From positions 144,192 through 208,191 of the forward strand of contig CAYSXR010000001.1 of NCBI GenBank assembly GCA_964435035.1: a stretch of 64,000 bases of DNA, in the 5' to 3' direction. Every line of letters begins with the position of its first letter. Position 1 is the first letter of the stretch. The position numbers and the translations under genes were made by a program. The notes beneath the pieces were generated by a model. It made no database searches. It was not told the DNA's origin and saw only the letters and a program-made list of their open reading frames with translations. This stretch comes from an uncultured Gammaproteobacteria bacterium (GTDB taxonomy: Bacteria; Patescibacteriota; Patescibacteriia; Magasanikbacterales; UBA922). Shown piece after piece: positions 9,581-16,794 of this stretch.

Positions 9581-10822
9581 ATGCCTGTTATGAAAATTAT
9601 TGAGATATTTGTGTGGTCAATTATAGTGACACTTGCTTTTGTCTACGCAGTAATTTTTCAGTGGATAATAAATCCACCCACTGTGCGAATGTCCAAGGTG
9701 GTTGCTCCAACTTCAACACCTGAAAATCAATTAGTAGAAAATGCTGAGAAAAAAGAGGGTATATGGGCTTTGCGATGGAAAGATGGTGAAGGTGAGGTAA
9801 TTCTCACAACATCAACAAATAAGAATGCGTGGTTAGGTTATTATCCAGATTCACTTGTTGTGCACTATAAGAAAGAAAACAAAGATCTTGTAGCTTTTTT
9901 CAAAGAGACCATAAGTCTTAAAGATGACACAAATATAATTTCTCATCAGCTTGTTTTGTTTGATGTGCTTACTAAAAAATCGAGTATTATTTTTGAATTA
10001 GAAAAGAAGGAGGGTGTTGTACCGCAGCAATTGGTATTAATTGGTGATACGGTGTACTTCTCTTTTACACGTGGGGAAGATGTGCTTGATAATAGTGTGA
10101 ATTATATCGATCTTTCAGAAAATAACATTTCGGTAAAAAAAATAATGGCTTCGGGTGCGAATCATTTGATTCAAAGATGGGGATATTATTGGTTAGAGGG
10201 TGGGTATGGGCATGCGGGAGCGTATGATAGTACTATGGTTTTTTTTGACACCGTTTCAAAGAAAACGGGTGAAGTCATTATTAGTGGATATGGGGGTGAG
10301 GAAGGATCGGATCTATTGGGTGTGACAAAGGATGGCATGGTTGTAATAGGATTTAAAAAGGAAGTAGGGGAAGAAGGGGGATGGGATATCACTGTTTATA
10401 ATAAGGTAACTACACATTTATTGAATAATGAAAATAAAAATACTGTAACACTCTTTGACGTAAGCGACATGCCGACGAATGTAGAAGATATTTTTTATAG
10501 AGAGGAAGAAAATGACCTATACTTAGTAGGTGATGAAGTGTGGTTATATGATTTTGATACCAAAAATACGGTAAAGATACGTCTCGATCAAAGTATGGTA
10601 GGTTTACGTATAACAAAATTTTTCGAGGGAGGTAGAAAGGTATGTTTGAGCAGTAGTCGATCCTGGAATGTAGGGGTACGCGCAATATGGAATACAGAAA
10701 ATAATTCAGTAGACTATTCTGATGTTTTATCATGCGAATCAAAAGCAGAAGATGAATCTATCAAAGCTCATTCGTTATTGCGTGAAGAGCTACCATTACA
10801 ATTGGAAGTTGTGGAAATATAG
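9581..10822 (+). CDS. Hypothetical membrane-anchored protein (413 aa)
   Basis: N-terminal TM helix and a long ORF with host-like composition. No family recognized. Confidence 0.55.
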   Translation: MPVMKIIEIFVWSIIVTLAFVYAVIFQWIINPPTVRMSKVVAPTSTPENQLVENAEKKEGIWALRWKDGEGEVILTTSTNKNAWLGYYPDSLVVHYKKENKDLVAFFKETISLKDDTNIISHQLVLFDVLTKKSSIIFELEKKEGVVPQQLVLIGDTVYFSFTRGEDVLDNSVNYIDLSENNISVKKIMASGANHLIQRWGYYWLEGGYGHAGAYDSTMVFFDTVSKKTGEVIISGYGGEEGSDLLGVTKDGMVVIGFKKEVGEEGGWDITVYNKVTTHLLNNENKNTVTLFDVSDMPTNVEDIFYREEENDLYLVGDEVWLYDFDTKNTVKIRLDQSMVGLRITKFFEGGRKVCLSSSRSWNVGVRAIWNTENNSVDYSDVLSCESKAEDESIKAHSLLREELPLQLEVVEI

Positions 10823-10884
10823 TGATCATAAAAAATGAGTATCTTAGAACCGGGATGATTTGATAATGTGAAATAAGTACTTAT

Positions 10885-10915
10885 ACACACCTGAATTCAG
10901 GTGTGTTTATTTTTG
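10885..10915 (+). terminator. Rho-independent terminator (perfect 11-bp stem acacacctgaa/ttcaggtgtgt plus T-run)
   Basis: acacacctgaattcaggtgtgtttatttttg, directly downstream of the 9581-10822 ORF. Confidence 0.6.
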
Positions 10916-10963
10916 ATCAACAAATTATGGTATACTGTATTTATTAACTTTGTATGCCTGTCT

Positions 10964-11290
10964 ATGTTTGAAACTAGCCGCGACTTATTATATGTAGTGC
11001 TCTCACTCGCCATCATCTGGTTTACGGTATTTTTGTGCTGGCTCATGTATCAGGCAGGTAGAACACTTCGAAATGTAAATAGAATTGTAGAAACTGCGCT
11101 TGAAAAGATGGAATTGATATCTACCGCAGTAGAATTTATACGAAAAAAAGTAGATAATATGTCGAGTCACCTCGGAGCAGTGTCAGGAATTGCATCAGGG
11201 TTATTTGAAAAGTTCGTGGTAAGTAAGTTGTCTGACAAACTGGATGAAAAACTTTCAGGAAAGAAAGGAAAATCTAGAAAAGAAGATTAA
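10964..11290 (+). CDS. Small membrane protein (108 aa), TM followed by a coiled-coil; DUF948-like architecture (uncertain)
   Basis: The ORF-track start at 10901 lies inside the upstream terminator, so I use the first ATG (MFETSRDLL...). An extended -10 tggTATACT sits at 10928-10936. Confidence 0.45.
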   Translation: MFETSRDLLYVVLSLAIIWFTVFLCWLMYQAGRTLRNVNRIVETALEKMELISTAVEFIRKKVDNMSSHLGAVSGIASGLFEKFVVSKLSDKLDEKLSGKKGKSRKED

Positions 11291-11328
11291 TTTACCCGCC
11301 TGTTTAGGGAGGGATTAAAAAAATTTAT

Positions 11329-11895
11329 ATGAGGAGGGGAGCAGCAATCTTTATTTTAATTGGATTGTTTTTTGTGTTTGTAATTAGTGGAGTGGTGTAT
11401 TTTTTGAGTCTCGAAAATACGCGCACTTCTGAAACAACGGACGTCCCAGTTGTCTCGGGAGTTCTTCCACAAGGTGTGCGTATTATCGAAAAAGAAGGTA
11501 ATAGAATATTGAAGGACGAACGAGCGGGTTATGAGATGGAGTTACCAGAAGAAATTAGTGCCGTTGTTGGTAAAGATAATACAGTCTTATTTTATTCCGA
11601 TAGCAGTATTCCCGACTATGGGACAGTACTTGGAGGTATCGGTATTTTTGATAGGGATAATTTATCTCTCGAAGATTGGGTTGCGCGGTTGCACAAAGAA
11701 ACGTTTTTGGTCTTCTTTGAAGAAAGAGAAAGAATTGACAAGGGTGATTTAGAAATTATAAAAATTAAGATGGATGGACCAGGTGAACCTTATGACTATT
11801 TTTTTCTGCATAAGGATAAAATTATTAACGTATCGTGGGTCACAGGGGATTACCTGGATACCTATATTCAAAATATAGTTTTTATGAACTTATAA
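11329..11895 (+). CDS. Hypothetical protein with N-terminal TM (188 aa)
   Basis: A GGGAGGG RBS lies 8 nt upstream. TM anchor; no family recognized. Confidence 0.5.
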   Translation: MRRGAAIFILIGLFFVFVISGVVYFLSLENTRTSETTDVPVVSGVLPQGVRIIEKEGNRILKDERAGYEMELPEEISAVVGKDNTVLFYSDSSIPDYGTVLGGIGIFDRDNLSLEDWVARLHKETFLVFFEERERIDKGDLEIIKIKMDGPGEPYDYFFLHKDKIINVSWVTGDYLDTYIQNIVFMNL

Positions 11896-11899
11896 TTAT

Positions 11900-14800
11900 A
11901 TGAATAAAAGGAGGGGGAAGAAAACACAATTCTTAAGTTATTTTTTATTCTGCTTATTCATTTCTATTATTTTTGGAAAAAATGCGTTCGCTAGTCAGGA
12001 GATACAAAGGTTTCTTATCTTACCTTTTTCTAGTGAAATAAGGTTATTGCAGGGCTGGGAATATACTATGCTAGTTCGAGGTAATAAGATACATGGAGGG
12101 ATTGATTATGATTGTAATTTAGGAGATCCGATTTATGCATCATATGATGGTGAAGCAATGACATCGGTTCAAGTTGAAAAAAAGTCTGGAGCTGGTTATG
12201 GAAATTTTGTTTTTATAAAACACCATAATGGATATGCAACATTGTATGGACACTTAAACAAAGTTGCAGAACATATTACTTTGTATCCTTCTGGGCTACG
12301 AAGTAATACTAATTATGTTGAATGGACGTCAGTTCTGAAAGGAGATTATATTGGTGACTGCGGGACTTCTGGAACCGACAATGTGCATCTGCATTTTGAA
12401 GTGACTACGGGAAAATATTCAACAGGTAGAATAGATAGCTATGATCTATACAAGACCAAACAATTTTATCCACCGAATGCGTCATACACTACCATGGGGG
12501 AAAAACATTTGTGGATGAGCGATCCTCCCCAATATCTAGAAGCAAAACATGTCGAGAATCAAAAAGGTAGGGCAACTGAAGAAAATAAAAATATTTGGGA
12601 GACAATAAAAGATTGGTTTGCGTCAAAAGAATCTAAGTCAGTTGGTGTGGTGTTAGGTGGAGAAAAAGAGTTACCAGAGAAAAAGGAAGAATTAGGGTTA
12701 TCTTTTGTTGATAGAAAAATTTTTGTATCGTCCACCGCCACCACTGAGGATATCTCAGTGGTGGTACAAGCAAAAAATACTGGTTCAAAAATTTGGAAAA
12801 AACAGGAAATCTCGCTTAATGTAATTGGAGGACGTGAAGCAAATGCGCCATTTAGGCATGCCTCATGGATTACCGATCTGCGTCCTGCGCTTCTCGATAA
12901 TACAGATATAAAACCAGGAGAAACAGGTTCGTTTAGTTTTAGTATTAAAAGTTTGCCTGAAGGTCTACATACAATAAAATTAATGGTAGTAGAAGTGGGG
13001 ACATGGAAACAAATAGGGAGTGAATATGTTGAGATTGAAATATTGGTTGCTAAACCAGTTAAAGAGCTGACTGAAGAGAGCAGAGAAGAGGGAATAGCTG
13101 AAGGAGTTATTCATGGAATAAAAGAATTTGCTGAAACAGTGGTGGACAAGGTGGTCGATGTAATCAAATCAGTACCAAAAATTTTTAGAGGTGGAGGAGG
13201 GAGTGGTGGTTCTCGACAATCGAATGAGAGTGTTGATACTATCACCGAAAGTCCTACTGAAGAAGTGATCCTGATAGAAGAAGATAATATAGTAGATGAA
13301 GATAGTGAAATCGAAAGTGTTTCTGACATGAGTAGAGAAATCATATTCAATGAAATTGCATGGTCCGGGTCAAGTTCGGTCTGCACTGATCGAGAATGGA
13401 TTGAAATATATAATGCATCGAGTACAGTCCTCTCACTTGAAAATTGGAAATTAGATATTTCTACTGCAGAGTCTACAAGTAGTATTGCGTTAGTCGGATC
13501 AATTGAAGCATATGGATATTATCTCATCTCACACGCAAATATATTTTCTTCGTTTATTACAACAGATGCGATATTACCTCAGCAGATACAAATTCCAGAT
13601 AGTGGTGCGAGATTGGTATTAAAAAATCAAGATGGTGAAAACATTGATGAGATAGACCAAACCAATGGGTGGCTTGGTGGAGATATGGGGCAATTCCCAC
13701 ATACGCTTGAGCGTGTTGCATCAAGTACATGGGGCACTAGTAACTCAGTGCGATATGGGGCACAATCAGGCAATTGTGGACAAATCACTGGTAGTCCTCG
13801 AATGGAAAATGATGGATATGCATTTATTTCAGATGCCACGTTGGGCTTTTATTCAAGGAATGTAGAAGGAAATATAATACTTACTCAAGAGGAAAATCCG
13901 TATTTATTTTCTAGTGTTACGATACCAGAAGATGAGGTGGTCGAAATTGGTTCAGGTGTGGTTTTTGTAGGCACTAATCCAGAGTCAAGAATGGTGGTGC
14001 AAGGTGAATTGGTCTTGAAGGGGGAAGAAAATGATCCAGTTGTAGTTACTTCGAGACACGATCATGAAGTTGTGACAACAAGTGCGTTATTTTCTAGTAT
14101 CTTTACCGGAGACTTCGCACAAGCAGGAGATTGGCAAAATATTGAAGTTTTGGAAAGTGGAAAATTAAAGATTGATCACAGTGTGTTGAAATATGGGGGA
14201 AATAAATTTGGTGTGAGTGCATTCTGTCAGGGTTGTAGTCGTTCACAAGTAATTACTAATATTGGTGGTGAGGTTGTATTACAAAATGTTGAAATTGGAA
14301 ATGGATTTGAATTAGGAAGTGGCGCGGGTCCAGATGTACTAGTCTATTCAAACAATGGAACTCTTAACTTACAAAATGTACAACTCCATAATGGAAAACG
14401 GGCGCTGCATAGTGAGGGAAATACAGAAGTTTTAGCGAGGTCTGTAGATGTGCATAATTTTGATTTGTCAGATAAGGTAATATATGTTGAACAGAAAATG
14501 CCTGCTGTATGGGAAGATGTAGATTTTTTAGAAAATACACCCTCGTATGCGTATAGTCCTGCATTAGTTGTAACTAGTTCGTACACACTTTCACCTGATC
14601 ATGCGTTTGAGTTTGGTATGGTATCCATAGAATCAGGTGGAGAGCTTGTGCTCGACGGGGGAAATTTGTATGCGCGTGAAATTACCGTACAAGGAAACTT
14701 GCGTTCTGGTGAAAATGAACACATGAGTGAAATAGCAGGTGGTGTATCACCTTCATCAACATTTTCTCGAATATTATTTTCAGTTGGATCATTGGGTAAT

Positions 14801-15238
14801 CTTGAGAATATAAAAATTCGAGGCGGGGGATATTTTCAAAGTACTTCGGGTTATCCATTTTCTTCACCTCGTCCCTATATGATATGGGTTGATGGGGCGA
14901 CGGTCTCAATTTCGCATTCTCAGTTGATTGATTCAAGACGTCCTGGCGGAATAATGGTAGTTCGAAATGGAAAAGTAGATATACAGGACACGGAGATAGG
15001 ATGGAATAGTGGGTATAATAAATTAAACAGTTTCGTAGAATATGGAATGGTATTGAATACTCAATCAGTTGGTCATATTGAAAATGTAAACTTCAGAAAA
15101 ATGGATTATGTGGTCGAATTGAATCAAGGGTCAACTGTAACCTTTGATCGGATGAGTAAAGCAAATTTGATTGATTTGTATCCTGCATTTTTTCCGAGCA
15201 AAAATTGGTTCCCGACAAGTATATTTCCATTTCAATAG
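11900..15238 (+). CDS. Large secreted M23 peptidase (LytM-type) fused to a lamin-tail domain and right-handed beta-helix repeats (1112 aa)
   Basis: Signal peptide; M23 motifs HGGIDYD ... HxxxD and GTSGTDNVHLHFEV (HxH). An LTD segment IIFNEIAWSGSS...EWIEIYNASSTVLSLENWKLD. Long G/N/V-rich beta-helix-like C-terminus. Confidence 0.8.
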   Translation: MNKRRGKKTQFLSYFLFCLFISIIFGKNAFASQEIQRFLILPFSSEIRLLQGWEYTMLVRGNKIHGGIDYDCNLGDPIYASYDGEAMTSVQVEKKSGAGYGNFVFIKHHNGYATLYGHLNKVAEHITLYPSGLRSNTNYVEWTSVLKGDYIGDCGTSGTDNVHLHFEVTTGKYSTGRIDSYDLYKTKQFYPPNASYTTMGEKHLWMSDPPQYLEAKHVENQKGRATEENKNIWETIKDWFASKESKSVGVVLGGEKELPEKKEELGLSFVDRKIFVSSTATTEDISVVVQAKNTGSKIWKKQEISLNVIGGREANAPFRHASWITDLRPALLDNTDIKPGETGSFSFSIKSLPEGLHTIKLMVVEVGTWKQIGSEYVEIEILVAKPVKELTEESREEGIAEGVIHGIKEFAETVVDKVVDVIKSVPKIFRGGGGSGGSRQSNESVDTITESPTEEVILIEEDNIVDEDSEIESVSDMSREIIFNEIAWSGSSSVCTDREWIEIYNASSTVLSLENWKLDISTAESTSSIALVGSIEAYGYYLISHANIFSSFITTDAILPQQIQIPDSGARLVLKNQDGENIDEIDQTNGWLGGDMGQFPHTLERVASSTWGTSNSVRYGAQSGNCGQITGSPRMENDGYAFISDATLGFYSRNVEGNIILTQEENPYLFSSVTIPEDEVVEIGSGVVFVGTNPESRMVVQGELVLKGEENDPVVVTSRHDHEVVTTSALFSSIFTGDFAQAGDWQNIEVLESGKLKIDHSVLKYGGNKFGVSAFCQGCSRSQVITNIGGEVVLQNVEIGNGFELGSGAGPDVLVYSNNGTLNLQNVQLHNGKRALHSEGNTEVLARSVDVHNFDLSDKVIYVEQKMPAVWEDVDFLENTPSYAYSPALVVTSSYTLSPDHAFEFGMVSIESGGELVLDGGNLYAREITVQGNLRSGENEHMSEIAGGVSPSSTFSRILFSVGSLGNLENIKIRGGGYFQSTSGYPFSSPRPYMIWVDGATVSISHSQLIDSRRPGGIMVVRNGKVDIQDTEIGWNSGYNKLNSFVEYGMVLNTQSVGHIENVNFRKMDYVVELNQGSTVTFDRMSKANLIDLYPAFFPSKNWFPTSIFPFQ

Positions 15239-15324
15239 TAGTCGTTGAGGATTTGTTAAGGGGTATTTTGTATATAGAAATGCATTTTTTTGGCTTATTT
15301 TAGGGAAATTATAGTACAAAAGTA

Positions 15325-15353
15325 TTGACAAATTGTCTCACGTGTGATACTAT
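15325..15353 (+). promoter_or_regulatory. Sigma70-type promoter (TTGACA-17-TACTAT) with a perfect palindrome TCACGTGTGA in the spacer
   Basis: attgacaaattgtctcacgtgtgatactat, upstream of the GC-elevated islet genes. Confidence 0.4.
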
Positions 15354-15430
15354 TTTACATTCCAAGTGAAGAGGCGTCTGCCTTTTTACCTCTGGGATAT
15401 AACAAGATCCTTAGGTTATAGGTGTAACTC

Positions 15431-15772
15431 ATGGCTCGTTTGATCGACATGTACTTCACTGCCCCCGTGGTCAACCACTGGACTACCTTCTACGAGAAGG
15501 CGTTCATGGGGGAGCTGATCATGGTTTACATCCATGGGGTGGGACGTCGCTGGGTACTTCTCCAGGACTTTCGCAGTAACGAGGAGGCTAAGAAACTTGA
15601 GTTCAGGGTACAGATTGTGCCGGAGCCGGGTAAAAAAAACCGGGACTCGATACCAAACAGCTGGTTTACTGGCACCTACTCCTGGGAGACCAACGATGGT
15701 TACCTCAAACTGCCGTCGGTTATGCGGCCATTGCCGTCGGTTATCCTCTCAAGCTGGATCAACCACGCCTGA
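15431..15772 (+). CDS. Hypothetical protein (113 aa) in the GC-elevated islet
   Basis: An AGGTG RBS lies 7 nt upstream. Protein-like composition, whereas the overlapping alternative ORF is Arg-rich. No family assignable. Confidence 0.4.
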   Translation: MARLIDMYFTAPVVNHWTTFYEKAFMGELIMVYIHGVGRRWVLLQDFRSNEEAKKLEFRVQIVPEPGKKNRDSIPNSWFTGTYSWETNDGYLKLPSVMRPLPSVILSSWINHA

Positions 15773-15850
15773 GGCAATAGCACACCCGACGCGTGCACAA
15801 GATTTGTTCCCACATGGGCACAAAATCGCGCACGCGTCGGGAACAATCTA

Positions 15851-15882
15851 CCCTATACCATGATTGGTATGGGGTTTTTGTT
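15851..15882 (+). terminator. Rho-independent terminator (10-bp stem ccctatacca/tggtatgggg, loop tgat, T-run)
   Basis: ccctataccatgattggtatggggtttttgttt. It is preceded by larger nested inverted repeats (cccgacgcgtgc ... gcacgcgtcggg). Confidence 0.55.
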
Positions 15883-15975
15883 TACAAAAATATTTTTTAC
15901 ACGTAAAATATCTCACGTTGATTCTGCAATACATAGTGCAGAAATGGCTCCATCGAAAAAGAGGGGGTTCGCAAA

Positions 15976-16392
15976 ATGGTCTACGATAAAAAATACTCGG
16001 TCGTGCACGAATGGCTGAGACGATTCAATCTGCATGAGGTGGAAGGTCTCCTGGAGCTCTACGTTGAGAAGCCCGCTCATACCTCTATGGATATCAAAAA
16101 AGCACACCCGAAGACGTACGGCACTATCTATGGAAGGACCCCGCTGTCCCAGTGGTGGTACCGGTGCTTCGAGTGCGATCCGAATCTCAGGTACGAGATG
16201 GATCTGTACCTCTCGTCTGGAGGAGACACTGCAGTACTCGTCTACTTCGAGGGGGTCGGTGGTGGAAATCCTCCAGCACATCGGATGATCACCTTCACCT
16301 TCGAGGGTCTCCTGATCAAGAGTACGAAGACTGAAGATGTGGACGATCATAGTTCACACATTCGTGGTGCAATCAACCCACGAGCCAACTGA
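15976..16392 (+). CDS. SnoaL/NTF2-like (ketosteroid-isomerase-fold) protein, 138 aa
   Basis: The pattern VVHEWLRRFN...D.EGLLELY...WW..F..DP.L..E......GDTAVLV.FEG.GG......H.MITFTFEGLLI fits the SnoaL_2/NTF2-like fold. RBS AGAGGGGG upstream. Confidence 0.5.
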   Translation: MVYDKKYSVVHEWLRRFNLHEVEGLLELYVEKPAHTSMDIKKAHPKTYGTIYGRTPLSQWWYRCFECDPNLRYEMDLYLSSGGDTAVLVYFEGVGGGNPPAHRMITFTFEGLLIKSTKTEDVDDHSSHIRGAINPRAN

Positions 16393-16538
16393 GTCTCACG
16401 GGGGGCACACTGACAAAAATAGCCCCCCAACCTGTACATATTGGTATATAGCAAGTATCTACAGGTTGGGAGGGAAAATGGGCTATGTTGTGATGCATGT
16501 AGTGCTACCCGATGCGTATCGTATTGATTAGATACAAT

Positions 16539-16573
16539 AAAACTCTGAGTAATTTCAGAGTTTTATTGTTTTT
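16539..16573. terminator. Hairpin terminator (aaaactctga/tcagagtttt) between the islet and tRNA-Lys, possibly bidirectional
   Basis: aaaactctgagtaatttcagagttttattgtttttg. Confidence 0.5.
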
Positions 16574-16574
16574 G

Positions 16575-16647
16575 TGACCCCGGTGGGGATCGAACCCACG
16601 ACCATTGGCTTAAAAGGCCACTGCTCTACCAGCTGAGCTACAGGGTC
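16575..16647 (-). tRNA. tRNA-Lys (anticodon UUU)
   Basis: Manual fold of the reverse complement gives a 7-bp acceptor stem, a GGTTCGATCC T-arm, and anticodon loop CU-UUU-AA. 73 nt, no encoded CCA. Confidence 0.85.
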
Positions 16648-16654
16648 TTAAATT

Positions 16655-16736
16655 AGTTCATAGCTAATAGCAAGAAAGTTCATAGGAAAATACAAATTCG
16701 TATTTCCATTGGCTATCCATCTATTGGCTATGAACT
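16655..16736. repeat. Palindromic intergenic element (arms AGTTCATAGCTAATAG / CTATTGGCTATGAACT); homologous copy at 34224-34298
   Basis: A 16-bp inverted repeat with one mismatch. The internal segment cataggaaaatacaaattcgtat is shared with 34239-34260 (aataggaggaaaatgcgaatcggtac). It lies in the divergent region between tRNA-Lys and the ATPase gene. Confidence 0.5.
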
Positions 16737-16794
16737 ACGAGAGACGCGAATATGATATACTAAGTAAACATAAAAGTCAAGTAAACTTTATCTC

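Noticed and set aside
15534-16350. ORFs 15534-15863(+), 15913-16350(-), 16034-16288(+), 16152-16334(+) and 16337-16531(+) in the GC-elevated islet
   Set aside because: They are overlapping alternative-frame ORFs with Arg-rich junk composition. The SnoaL-like frame (15976-16392) and the 15431-15772 frame have RBSs and protein-like composition.
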